Both the position numbers and the translations under genes were made by a program. The notes beneath the pieces were generated by a model. It was not told the origin of the DNA. It was given only the letters and a program-made list of their open reading frames with translations, and made no database searches. Positions 54,887 through 63,989 of a DNA stretch of 64,000 bases are shown piece by piece. This DNA is from a virus (lineage: Duplodnaviria > Caudoviricetes). Location: the IMG/VR virus record IMGVR_UViG_3300020047_008132, positions 4,325-68,324 of that record, one strand, 5' to 3'. Every line of letters begins with the position of its first letter. Position 1 is the first letter of the stretch.

Positions 54887-55195
54887 CTATTTCTTTTTAT
54901 TGGTTAATGGAATAAACTTGTATAGTTTGCTCATAGGCACCTTTACCCATGCCGCGTATGCCGCAGCTTCGCATAACAGAAAATTACTTTCGCCACGCAT
55001 AAGCGCGTGGAAGCGTTTGCCGGTTACGCCTAAATGGTCTAAAAACTTTTTATCGGCTTTGTATGTTTCTAACTGTTGCCCGGTTTCTGCCAGCATATCG
55101 TTAAAGTGTTCCGGTATAAGGCAGTTGATAGTTGGGCGCGTAGCCGTTGTGCGCAGGTAAATTTCTGTTGGCACGGAAGTTGTTTTTTTTGACAT
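54887..55195 (-). CDS. Cro-like HTH protein
   Basis: LDHLGVTGKRFHALMRGE; divergent from the repressor. Confidence 0.55.
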   Translation of the reverse strand: MSKKTTSVPTEIYLRTTATRPTINCLIPEHFNDMLAETGQQLETYKADKKFLDHLGVTGKRFHALMRGESNFLLCEAAAYAAWVKVPMSKLYKFIPLTNKKK

Positions 55196-55354
55196 CTGTT
55201 ATAATGGGGTTTGTTTTTCTACGAATAACGAAAGCAAATGAAAATAATATGCTTGTAAAAACCAAGCATTGTGCAAAATAAATTTTCGATACTGATAAAA
55301 TACAAGTATAAAATAGTATTTCCCCCATTACATAACCCTTAAAATTGCAATTTT

Positions 55355-55558
55355 ATGTCCACTATACATATTGGGCGTTTGGTAGAAAGGTTGGTTGAGG
55401 AAAAGCCAATGAAGAAAAACGTATTTGCCAAAGCCATGAATTACTCGCCTACTAACATTAGCAGCCTGTTTGCCCGTGAGGATTGGCATGTAGGCATGGT
55501 AGAACAAGCCGGTGCTATAAATTATACGGCAGTAAGCATACCGGTGGAAAGAATTTAA
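55355..55558 (+). pseudogene. Truncated XRE repressor
   Basis: IHIGRLVERL..FAKAMNYSPTNISSLF HTH; ends abruptly at the integrase remnant. Confidence 0.6.
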
Positions 55559-55695
55559 CGAAGAAAACAAACGCGTACATTACTAAAGAACATTTTGGGC
55601 ACGGCAGTTTAAGCGTAACCGAAAATTACATAGATGATTTGGATAAAAACGAATTGAAGTTTTTACAAGTAGAATACCCGGAGTTTGCGGGGTAA
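55513..55695 (+). pseudogene. C-terminal remnant of a tyrosine integrase
   Basis: YKLYGSKHTGG..HFGHGSLSVTENY catalytic H/H/Y region only. Confidence 0.75.
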
Positions 55696-55896
55696 CTACA
55701 AACCAACCCTGCGCGTGTTGGCGGTGGCTTTGGCTTTGTTGTAAGCAGCTATTGCGCGTAGCATAAAGCTGCCACTGCACTGCTCACATATATAGGCATT
55801 ACACATGCCGCAGTATTGCACCTGGTAAATAGGCCGTGCATCGTTAAGCGCGTATTGGTGTACTTCGCATGTGCCGGTTTTGGGTGCGCTGTTCAT
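55696..55896 (-). CDS. Small Cys-rich protein
   Basis: CEVH..CGMC..CEQC. Confidence 0.55.
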   Translation of the reverse strand: MNSAPKTGTCEVHQYALNDARPIYQVQYCGMCNAYICEQCSGSFMLRAIAAYNKAKATANTRRVGL

Positions 55897-55935
55897 TACT
55901 GATTCTTAAAATATTGACAAAATTTGCCCATACTG

Positions 55936-56244
55936 CTAAATGACTTTTGCAATTTTCAATACAACAAAAATGGCGGCTAATCCGAAAAATGCCTTTGCTG
56001 GAGCATGTATATTGTTTACGCTGTTGTATATTGGTGAAGTGTTTTGCGAATTAGTATTACCTGCATTTGCTGCAACACAATTATTATACGCATCCTTCAC
56101 AGCTTGCGAATTTGTCATTGTATCAAATGGGTCCACCATTGGTTCCGTAAATACATATCCTGTTTGTGCTGCACAACTTTTTTGTGTTGGCGTTGCAAAT
56201 GTTCCTGGTGCATATAGGCTCATACGTTTGATTTTATACTGCAA
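55936..56244 (-). CDS. C-terminal TM protein
   Basis: FFGLAAIFVVLKIAKVI. Confidence 0.55.
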   Translation of the reverse strand: MQYKIKRMSLYAPGTFATPTQKSCAAQTGYVFTEPMVDPFDTMTNSQAVKDAYNNCVAANAGNTNSQNTSPIYNSVNNIHAPAKAFFGLAAIFVVLKIAKVI

Positions 56245-56251
56245 AATTAAA

Positions 56252-57550
56252 TTAAAGAAATCCTACTGAATTTTTAAGTGTGCCGGTGTTTCTTCTTACA
56301 CCACTAATAGCAAACAAGCTGGGTGCGTTGGCTCCCTGGTTTACTATGCTGGCTTTCTTTTGTTGCCAGGCGGTAAGTTCTACGCGCAGGCGGTTTAAGT
56401 AACCGTAATCGTTTTGCAGTAGCTGCAAAATTTGCTCGTTGGTGGCTCCGTTGCTGCGCAGGTTGGCTGCCTTCTGTTTTATTAAAATATCCTGATCCGC
56501 AATTTTCTGCTTCAGTTCTTCTTCTTCTTCCAAGTATCTGCTTTCGCTAAAGCTGCGCACCGCCACGTTTTCTAAGTTCAAAGCCTTGTCAGCATCAAAC
56601 ACACCAAAGCTGGTGCGCTGGTGTATGGTTTGCGCTATCTTCTTTAAAAAATCGTTTTTGGCTTTATACTGTTTACCAAAAGCACCATTTACCAGCCAGG
56701 TGTAAATTTCATCTTCATGCAAATTACTAAGCATCGGGAATTTTTGCCGCGCCTCACCCACCCACTGCGCAATGCTTTCTATAATCTTTTCGCTGGTAGC
56801 ATCGCCACCGGCCAGGCTTTTAAGCGCGGTAAAGGTTTTGCCAAACGGGTTTAAGTAAGCATAGGCCACAATGCGCATAGCGTTGCTGCCTTCGTTTTTG
56901 CGGGCGGTATCTATAACCTGTGCATAGCTGCGGCCCATTTCAATTTCTCTGCGGTAAAACATAGCGCGTTCGTAGTCTTTTTCTTTAGTAGATAGGGTAT
57001 TGCTGCGCAGGGCAATTTCTTCTGCCTCTGCCTGTGGCACGGCCACAATCTTTGCGGGTATTTTAGTAAAGCGGGTGTTGCCTTGTTTGCTTAACCGGGT
57101 AAATGCTTCTAACCGGCTGTGCCCACTTAGCATATATAGTATGCCATCGGGTGCGCGCCAAAGCAGCACCGGATCAAACTCCTCAAAACGAAAGGTGCCA
57201 TCTTTTACGGCATTAAGTATGCGCTGCACACTTTCTTCGCTGTAAGGTGTTTCGCGGTTTTGGAATTTCTTTAAATAAAGCTGTATATCTTTTACCGGTA
57301 TGTTATGCACTTGCAATTCGCTGCCTTCCAGTTCTACACCGTTGCATAAGCGTATGGCTTCATCGGTAATAAGCCCACCGTGGCGGGTGCAGGCGCGGTT
57401 GCGGTTGTGGTCGCTGTAGGTGCCATCTACACACGGGTAAAACTCGTTTGGTATTTCTTTATAGATAGCACCCACCTTTGCAGTGCGGTTGCGTAATGCA
57501 ATTAAACCGGCACCGGCACCAAGTAGTAATATGGTGTTGGCTACTTTCAT
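56252..57550 (-). CDS. Membrane-anchored ParB/Srx-like protein with a CxDG..C..HGG motif
   Basis: N-terminal anchor; CVDGTYS..ACTRHGG; DPVLLW..LSGHSRLEA. Confidence 0.65.
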   Translation of the reverse strand: MKVANTILLLGAGAGLIALRNRTAKVGAIYKEIPNEFYPCVDGTYSDHNRNRACTRHGGLITDEAIRLCNGVELEGSELQVHNIPVKDIQLYLKKFQNRETPYSEESVQRILNAVKDGTFRFEEFDPVLLWRAPDGILYMLSGHSRLEAFTRLSKQGNTRFTKIPAKIVAVPQAEAEEIALRSNTLSTKEKDYERAMFYRREIEMGRSYAQVIDTARKNEGSNAMRIVAYAYLNPFGKTFTALKSLAGGDATSEKIIESIAQWVGEARQKFPMLSNLHEDEIYTWLVNGAFGKQYKAKNDFLKKIAQTIHQRTSFGVFDADKALNLENVAVRSFSESRYLEEEEELKQKIADQDILIKQKAANLRSNGATNEQILQLLQNDYGYLNRLRVELTAWQQKKASIVNQGANAPSLFAISGVRRNTGTLKNSVGFL

Positions 57551-58426
57551 TTAAAGTATCGGCCACGGTGTTAAGCTGGTAGCCAGTAAAAAATTTTCTT
57601 TAAAGCCTGCAATGCCTTCATATTCCAAAGCATCTATTGCCTGCATCATTTCGGGGTAAATTTGGCGAATAGCATTTTTTATATTCAACTCAAAAGTAGC
57701 AGCAGGTTTATTTAAATAGAAAACATCGCTTTGCCATATTTCAGATTCAAGCCCTCTGTTGCGGGTAAACTTTTCTACATTAAAGTAAAAAGCGTTTTTG
57801 TTTTTTGGCAAACCTTTAATGCGCTGTGTTAGGCTATCGCCACCAAAGCAAACTATATCAAGGTCTGTAAATGGAAGTTTAATAACAACTGAACCAACAT
57901 AGCCCCACTTCTTTACATGCACAATTATATCTTTCTCAAATATCTTCAGCACTTTTATGAAATCTCTTTCGCTTGTTGGCCTTGTGCTGCCTATCTTCGC
58001 TCCCGTATCAAACGGTATTTGCACGGGGCCTACTTTTACAAGGCCGTTAAAAATTAAGTTGGTGGGTAGTGTGCCGCTGCTGATAATACCCAGTATTACA
58101 CTTACTAAGTTTTGGTAGTTGGGTTGCACCACGGCATAAATAAAGCTGGTGCTGTTTGCCGGTATGTATTGCAGTTGGTTGTTTATGGCCGTGCCTAAAA
58201 AGTTGCTGTTGTTATCAAACACATTTATAAGTGCCTGCGGCACCGGGTAGCCAAAAAACTTATTAGGGTTGGTGGCTTTAATGCGCATAAGCAGCCCTGC
58301 ACCATCCGGTGCGGGTTGGTAGCCATCTAAACTAAACTGCACGTGGTTTACACCCATGCGGTAAGCATACGCGCCTACGGCTAAAGTTGCTCCACCTGCC
58401 AATAAAAGTTTTGTGCTTGTTTTCAT
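57551..58426 (-). CDS. Membrane-anchored LEA_2-like protein
   Basis: N-terminal anchor; LMRIKATNPN..INVFDN..FLGTA pattern. Confidence 0.5.
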   Translation of the reverse strand: MKTSTKLLLAGGATLAVGAYAYRMGVNHVQFSLDGYQPAPDGAGLLMRIKATNPNKFFGYPVPQALINVFDNNSNFLGTAINNQLQYIPANSTSFIYAVVQPNYQNLVSVILGIISSGTLPTNLIFNGLVKVGPVQIPFDTGAKIGSTRPTSERDFIKVLKIFEKDIIVHVKKWGYVGSVVIKLPFTDLDIVCFGGDSLTQRIKGLPKNKNAFYFNVEKFTRNRGLESEIWQSDVFYLNKPAATFELNIKNAIRQIYPEMMQAIDALEYEGIAGFKENFLLATSLTPWPIL

Positions 58427-58792
58427 TTAGTCCTTTAAACCTTTGAAAGTATCGGTAATAACATAGTAGCAATCTTTACCCTCACCGTGTCCGATAATAT
58501 CATAACCGTTCTTGCTTAACCAATCATCGGCAATATCCAATGCGCTATTAAAAGAATGGTCGTATTGCAATGTCTTGCTATCCTCAAACCTTTCTGAAAT
58601 AAGCTTAACACGGCTGCCGCTGTAATTTGTAGGCCCCATGTATTTTACTTTAATAACATGGTAGTTGCGATATTGAAGTAGCCCGATTTCATCTAAGCGA
58701 CCAATGCCACTTACTTTATCGGAATTTCTTTTCGCAAAAAGCGCACCGGCAGCAAAGGCGGCCAATGGTAAAATGTAGTTGGTTGTTTTCAT
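58427..58792 (-). CDS. Membrane-anchored hypothetical protein
   Basis: ILPLAAFAAGALFAKR anchor. Confidence 0.55.
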   Translation of the reverse strand: MKTTNYILPLAAFAAGALFAKRNSDKVSGIGRLDEIGLLQYRNYHVIKVKYMGPTNYSGSRVKLISERFEDSKTLQYDHSFNSALDIADDWLSKNGYDIIGHGEGKDCYYVITDTFKGLKD

Positions 58793-58853
58793 GGTAGTAT
58801 TCTTATTATTTCGTTTTGTGTAATAGTTTCCGGTATCTTAATTTTTCTGCGGC

Positions 58854-59480
58854 TCATGCAACAAAGTTTTTAATGCGCACACTGTATATTTTCCATACGG
58901 CATAAGCAGTGCCCAGCAGCAGCAGTAACGCTATCAACGAACCACCCACATACCAAGCCCCCTGCTTACGGTACCGTATTATATCTTCCTGTAAAATTGC
59001 CGTAACCTGAACGGCTTTAGAATTGCTTAAAACCCTTCCACCTGTGCCCTGCACCGAAATACTGAAGGCATTGCCTTCTTGTGTTACCACTACAGTAACG
59101 GGTAACATCAATTCCAGTTCTTTATCTGCGTATAGTATGGTATCGGTAAAAAGTAGTGGTTGCTCTAAACACTTCTTCTCTTTAAACAGTTGCACTACCC
59201 GTGCCTTTGTCTTGTGTCTTGTGTCTTGTGTCTTGCCAGCGCAGGTATCTACAAATAGCGTATCTAATTCCGTCAGCACCAAATAATTATCGGTAAGTGG
59301 TGTAATGGTAGTATCAATATACACCGTGCGCAGTATTTCAAAACTATCCTGCTTAGTGTACGCGCGTAACTCCGGGTGCGTGGTAAGTAACCGTTGCAGC
59401 CGCTTTTGTGGAGTGCAGCTACTAACGGTTACAAGACACACTATGAAGAAGAATAAGAAAGGACGCGCCAAAAGTTTCAT
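58854..59480 (-). CDS. Lipoprotein with C-terminal TM (u-spanin-like)
   Basis: VSSC lipobox, QKRLQRLLTTHPEL, C-terminal TM; beside lysin. Confidence 0.6.
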   Translation of the reverse strand: MKLLARPFLFFFIVCLVTVSSCTPQKRLQRLLTTHPELRAYTKQDSFEILRTVYIDTTITPLTDNYLVLTELDTLFVDTCAGKTQDTRHKTKARVVQLFKEKKCLEQPLLFTDTILYADKELELMLPVTVVVTQEGNAFSISVQGTGGRVLSNSKAVQVTAILQEDIIRYRKQGAWYVGGSLIALLLLLGTAYAVWKIYSVRIKNFVA

Positions 59481-60119
59481 CTAATTAGTTTCTGTTTTGC
59501 CTGTAGTAATAAATTGCGGACAAAAAAAAAGCGTGGCAATAATTACAGGCCCCTTCTTTTTTACTTCAGTAACCACATCGCTAAAGGTTATTGCGTTAAG
59601 CCTGTTAAGCCAGCCCTGCAAAAACATGCCATACTTTGCCGGGTTACTTTCTGCCAAATAAACGCGCTGGTCAATGTTGCGCTGCTTTACGGCATTAAAC
59701 ACTGCCTGCGGGTTTAGTGCGTTTACTACACCCACGGTATAATTATTAAACGGCACGTTGCCCTGGTCTACACTTCCGCCTGCATCGGCTATGCCTTGCC
59801 TGCTTAGTTTTAAACTTCCGGTAGCTATGTAGCTATCAAACATAATATGCGCCACACTATCGTTTAAAAGTGCATCGCCTGCCATTTTATCCCAAAACAA
59901 TTTTTTGTAAACTGCTTTAGCAATAGCCGGAGTAATTGCCCGCATTTGGCTTACCGTTGGGGGAAAGCCCAAATACGTTTCGTACGCAATAGCACTAATA
60001 CCGCGATTTGTACCCACCAGTTGCCCCAAACTATTGTAGTTTGCACTATCGTTGGCAAAAGCCTGATAGCCGCCCTCAAAGTTTAAAGTCTTATCTACTA
60101 TGGTTGTAAAGTTTGCCAT
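59481..60119 (-). CDS. GH108 lysozyme (endolysin)
   Basis: FEGGY..TNRGIS; C-terminal FLQGWLNRL peptidoglycan-binding motif. Confidence 0.9.
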   Translation of the reverse strand: MANFTTIVDKTLNFEGGYQAFANDSANYNSLGQLVGTNRGISAIAYETYLGFPPTVSQMRAITPAIAKAVYKKLFWDKMAGDALLNDSVAHIMFDSYIATGSLKLSRQGIADAGGSVDQGNVPFNNYTVGVVNALNPQAVFNAVKQRNIDQRVYLAESNPAKYGMFLQGWLNRLNAITFSDVVTEVKKKGPVIIATLFFCPQFITTGKTETN

Positions 60120-60421
60120 TACGCTTCCTTATTTACCGTTTGTGTAAAAATTATTTTATCGCCTTGCTGCACCTGAAAAAAAACACTATCGCCCTGCGGC
60201 AATACGCTAAACGCAGTATCGCCCTGCCAGCTTATGGTGTTGGTTAGTGTGGTATCGTTTGGGCTTACTGCACCGTTAATGCCTTTGCTGCCTTTGGTAA
60301 GGTTAAACACCAGTTGGCCGTTTACCCATTGGTGGGTTAGTCTTGGCTTGTTATAATTAAACCAAAAGAATAAGCCCATCACCGGCACTAAAAATAAATA
60401 CGATCCGTCTTTGCTGCTCAC
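60119..60421 (-). CDS. Membrane-anchored protein
   Basis: N-terminal TM. Confidence 0.55.
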   Translation of the reverse strand: MSSKDGSYLFLVPVMGLFFWFNYNKPRLTHQWVNGQLVFNLTKGSKGINGAVSPNDTTLTNTISWQGDTAFSVLPQGDSVFFQVQQGDKIIFTQTVNKEA

Positions 60422-60900
60422 TTTATATAGTTTTTATAAACGTAAAGCCCGCCACCTACTAAAGCCAATAGCCCTAAAGGTTTTGCCAAGCCGCTTAAAA
60501 AGTTTGCACCGCTGCTTACATTGGTTACTACATCGCCCGCGCCTTGCGCTAAGTTTCCGGTAGCATCAAACACCGGCATTACTATAGCACTTACTACGCT
60601 GTCAATATCTACGCCCTGGCTGCGCATGTAATTGCGAAAAGCAGAATTGTATTTGCACCAGTTGTATGGTCCGGCAAAACTATCCTGCTGGTTCCATGCG
60701 GCCGTAAATACCAGCGCGGCATCTTTTGCGCTCATTAGTTTGCGCAGTTCTACATGCCATGCCTGCCATTCGGCACACTGCCAGTAGTCGCCCCAGCCCC
60801 AGCCATCCAGCACCGGCACACTTTGCGCGGTAATGGGTTGCCCGGCAAAGGTTAAACCTATGCGCGGTTTTAAGCCACTTATGTATGATACTCTTGCCAT
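60418..60900 (-). CDS. C-terminal TM protein
   Basis: Trp-rich N-half; LGLLALVGGGLYVYK. Confidence 0.55.
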   Translation of the reverse strand: MARVSYISGLKPRIGLTFAGQPITAQSVPVLDGWGWGDYWQCAEWQAWHVELRKLMSAKDAALVFTAAWNQQDSFAGPYNWCKYNSAFRNYMRSQGVDIDSVVSAIVMPVFDATGNLAQGAGDVVTNVSSGANFLSGLAKPLGLLALVGGGLYVYKNYIK

Positions 60901-60911
60901 TTGGTTTGTTA

Positions 60912-61217
60912 TTACCAGTTATCGTATGGATCAATATCGGCTGCGGTAATAGTGCTGCCACCGCCACCGGTTAAGCTGCTCCACGGTATGGTAGTTAATA
61001 CCTGCCCTAAAGCGTTTACTATTTGTGCCGTGGCACCTACAGCCTGCACCCAAACCGGTTGCCCGCTGGCATTACCAAAGCCGTTCCACTGCCCGCCTGC
61101 GGGTATGTATTGCGCTCCTGAATAACCCGGTGGTGGTGTTGGTTTGCTGAAGTATTGGTAAGCTGCAAACGCTGCCAAGCCTACGCCTGCTACAAGTGCT
61201 ATATCTTTTGTTTTCAT
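60912..61217 (-). CDS. Membrane-anchored protein
   Basis: IALVAGVGLAAFAAYQYF. Confidence 0.6.
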   Translation of the reverse strand: MKTKDIALVAGVGLAAFAAYQYFSKPTPPPGYSGAQYIPAGGQWNGFGNASGQPVWVQAVGATAQIVNALGQVLTTIPWSSLTGGGGSTITAADIDPYDNW

Positions 61218-61228
61218 AGGTATAAAGT

Positions 61229-61450
61229 TTAAAGCCCGCTAATGCCGGGTTTGGTTTCAAAAATGTTTGTTGGGTTTAGCCACTGCGCCTGGTTAGTGTT
61301 GGGCTGCAAAGTGTTGTTTACAATATTGGTAGGTATAGCCGTAGTGTTGGCGTTTACCGGTGTTGCCGGTGCTGCTTCTGCTTTTGGTCTAAAAACCAAA
61401 TACCCGGCATAAAATGCCAATGCACTGTAAAGTAGTGTTGAAGTTTTCAT
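61229..61450 (-). CDS. Membrane-anchored protein
   Basis: LLYSALAFYAGYLVF. Confidence 0.6.
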   Translation of the reverse strand: MKTSTLLYSALAFYAGYLVFRPKAEAAPATPVNANTTAIPTNIVNNTLQPNTNQAQWLNPTNIFETKPGISGL

Positions 61451-61452
61451 AA

Positions 61453-61647
61453 TTATTTCTTTTGCGCTTTAGCAATTTGATTTTTCACCACGTTAGCCAG
61501 GCTATCGCACTTCAGGCAGGTTTCAAAGCTGCCGGTGCTTAATTGCCCTTCGGCTTTGCTTACGGTGCAATGTTTTTGCACATCTTTTACAAAACTGCAC
61601 GAAGCAACAGTGCAAAGCATAATGGTGGAAATGATTAGTGTTTTCAT
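61453..61647 (-). CDS. Small lipoprotein
   Basis: VASC lipobox. Confidence 0.55.
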   Translation of the reverse strand: MKTLIISTIMLCTVASCSFVKDVQKHCTVSKAEGQLSTGSFETCLKCDSLANVVKNQIAKAQKK

Positions 61648-61880
61648 AGGTTCAATAGTTTTTGAATGAAATTTTTAAAACGTGGCGAAATAGTGCTAAC
61701 CCCTACCAACACTGCGGTTAATGCCGCTGCGCTTTGCAGGCAGTGCATAATCAGTTGCACCAGTTTATCGGCACCGGCTGCGCTACTCATAATGTCTAAA
61801 GCAATGCTTATAACAAAAAGTGTAACAGTTAGCAGGGCTCCTGGCATAGTGTCGCTATTATGGTGGTGGTTAAACTCCAT
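61644..61880 (-). CDS. 2-TM membrane protein
   Basis: Hydrophobic helices. Confidence 0.55.
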   Translation of the reverse strand: MEFNHHHNSDTMPGALLTVTLFVISIALDIMSSAAGADKLVQLIMHCLQSAAALTAVLVGVSTISPRFKNFIQKLLNL

Positions 61881-61883
61881 TGG

Positions 61884-62075
61884 TTATTTATCCTTTGGTG
61901 TGCCGGTTACATCAAAATCTTTTACCAATACACCGCCCACGGCTATAAGTATGGCAAAAACTATTTCGGTAATTGTTTTAGCGTCAAAGTGGTACCCGGT
62001 AGCATCCAGTGCCGGCTTAGCGGCCATTAATGCTGCCATAACGCAGGCTACAAGTGTTGTTTTCCAGTTTTTCAT
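61884..62075 (-). CDS. Small holin-like protein
   Basis: MKNWKTT, two TMs, KDFDVTG tail. Confidence 0.55.
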   Translation of the reverse strand: MKNWKTTLVACVMAALMAAKPALDATGYHFDAKTITEIVFAILIAVGGVLVKDFDVTGTPKDK

Positions 62076-62111
62076 ATTTATAGTGGTTTGGTTATATTTT
62101 AAGTGTCTCCG

Positions 62112-63347
62112 TTAATGTGCAGTCCAGTTTGTGCCGTCAAAAAATGCAATAGTTCGCACCGCTCCACCGCCAACTAATGTTGCTCCGTAAACAGGCGCAG
62201 CAGCATCGGTTACATATGCCATATCGCCAACAGTTCCCGCTGGCAATGTTCCTACCGTGTAGGCATTCAATCTTACAACATCATCAAACTTTATGCGTGG
62301 CAGATTGGTTGATATATGCACCGCATCGGTAAGCGTAATGTTTACACTGTCGCACAAAGCCAAATCAGTATTTGAATGATTCTTTACTACAAAGCCGCCA
62401 TCGCATATATTGGTTATAGTATTAGCTACCGTATCGCCATAAATAGTGGCATTGTTCCATTGGTTTGCGCCTAAGTTCCACGTGCCAACTTCCCAATCAA
62501 ATTGCAGATATTGGTTGGATGAAAAATAGTCGCCCAAGTTGTAGGTAGTTTGTGTAAGTTTTGAAACTACATTTACTCCACCGGGAGTAATTATTTCATG
62601 CTCCATTACACCGGGCGCATATTCTGATATAGAATAGAACTCGTTTATAGAATCCATTACACCAACGACAGTAAAGCCGTTAAATGGGTTACCTGGTGTT
62701 GGTGAATTTAACCCATAGATACCTGCCCAATGACCTAAATGGTCGCTTGAAACAAGTTTAAACCCTGAATAGGTTGCAGGTGCAAGCTGGTAAGGAATTT
62801 TCTTCCCCATAGCAAAGAAAACCGAATCGCCAATGTTTGCCGCAACAGCAGAATCGCTTTTAATAATAAGCGGTTGTCCGTCTGTTGTGCCTAAAAAATT
62901 AGTTGCAGGGTTAGTGCCTGCGTTGCCGCTGGTGTCCCAAAAACCGGTAACGCTGTTAGCATCCAGTTTGGGCGTAAACTTCCATGCATTTACCGTTGCG
63001 TTTACGTGTGCCGTATCGCCACTAAAGTTTATTAGTATGCTATCTGTTGCGCCTTGCTGTAATTGTATGTTGGTGGCGGTGGCTGCTACCCTGTACCCTG
63101 TGCCATTAAATAAGCCAATAGCTGATTTGCTGTTGTTAAGCAATAAAGTGCCTAAGCCGTGGTTAAGTGTACTGTTAGTGCCAATGGTGCGCAGGGTTAA
63201 ACTGTCGCTGCCGTCTGTTTGGCTTACTTCTTTTTTAAAACTTACCTTTTCGTGGAACACACTGGGCGCGTACCAGTTATTTTGCGCACCGGCTACGGTG
63301 GCAAAGGCAATTAAGAGTATAGTTAAAAGTTTCTTTATAGTTTTCAT
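62112..63347 (-). CDS. Spike/fibre-like protein
   Basis: GNAGTNPATNFLGTTDGQPL and YTVGTLP..AYVTDA..FDGTNW fibre motifs; signal-like N-terminus. Confidence 0.6.
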   Translation of the reverse strand: MKTIKKLLTILLIAFATVAGAQNNWYAPSVFHEKVSFKKEVSQTDGSDSLTLRTIGTNSTLNHGLGTLLLNNSKSAIGLFNGTGYRVAATATNIQLQQGATDSILINFSGDTAHVNATVNAWKFTPKLDANSVTGFWDTSGNAGTNPATNFLGTTDGQPLIIKSDSAVAANIGDSVFFAMGKKIPYQLAPATYSGFKLVSSDHLGHWAGIYGLNSPTPGNPFNGFTVVGVMDSINEFYSISEYAPGVMEHEIITPGGVNVVSKLTQTTYNLGDYFSSNQYLQFDWEVGTWNLGANQWNNATIYGDTVANTITNICDGGFVVKNHSNTDLALCDSVNITLTDAVHISTNLPRIKFDDVVRLNAYTVGTLPAGTVGDMAYVTDAAAPVYGATLVGGGAVRTIAFFDGTNWTAH

Positions 63348-63353
63348 AGTGTG

Positions 63354-63620
63354 TTATGGTGCTGCCAGGTATAAAATGTTTGCCTCTATGTTGTCGCTTA
63401 CTATTGTTATAAAAGTTATAATGCCGGTGGCACTGTCAAAACTGTAATCTGCGGGGGTTCTGCGCGTTTGCAGGGTTTGCCCGCCATAAAATACTTCCAG
63501 CAGGGTTGCCCCTATTAAATCTGTGCGGGTGTATGCCTGCGTGCCGCTTACGGTCAAAAAGCTGTCCATATCGGTTGCGCCTTGCGCTGCTGCTGAAGTA
63601 AATGGTGTACCAAAGAACAT
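63354..63620 (-). CDS. Hypothetical structural protein
   Basis: DYSFDSATGIITF beta-rich. Confidence 0.5.
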   Translation of the reverse strand: MFFGTPFTSAAAQGATDMDSFLTVSGTQAYTRTDLIGATLLEVFYGGQTLQTRRTPADYSFDSATGIITFITIVSDNIEANILYLAAP

Positions 63621-63623
63621 GCG

Positions 63624-63989
63624 TTATACTTTATGTATTTTAAACCGGTAGCCTACAAATAAATTATGCACGGCTGCCGCTGCGCCATCAATAGCAGAAA
63701 ACTGCACGTTGTAGTTTCCTAAATCAAAAAAGCCACTTGGTATAAACGGGCTCCAACTTGCGCCTTCGCCTTTGGTGCCGCTGCGCAGGGTAATTTCGCC
63801 ACCGTCAAAAGTTATGGTAGCCAAACTGTTAGTGCCCTGGTTTTTAAAACCTAAGTCAATAATCTGCATGTTGTTAAACCCGGCTATTTCGGGAGTAAAC
63901 AATAACATGCCCGCAATAGGTGCATACACCCCGCAAGTGTTTAACGAAATTATGGATGCAAAAATTGGTTTGCTGAAAGAAGAACACAA
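63624..63989 (-). CDS. Beta-rich hypothetical protein (start uncertain at window edge)
   Basis: Alternating beta pattern. Confidence 0.4.
   Translation of the reverse strand: MCSSFSKPIFASIISLNTCGVYAPIAGMLLFTPEIAGFNNMQIIDLGFKNQGTNSLATITFDGGEITLRSGTKGEGASWSPFIPSGFFDLGNYNVQFSAIDGAAAAVHNLFVGYRFKIHKV

Noticed and set aside
55513-55695. Integron integrase serving the arrays
   Set aside because: Only a ~60-aa C-terminal remnant beside a repressor; nothing marks it as IntI and it cannot be functional
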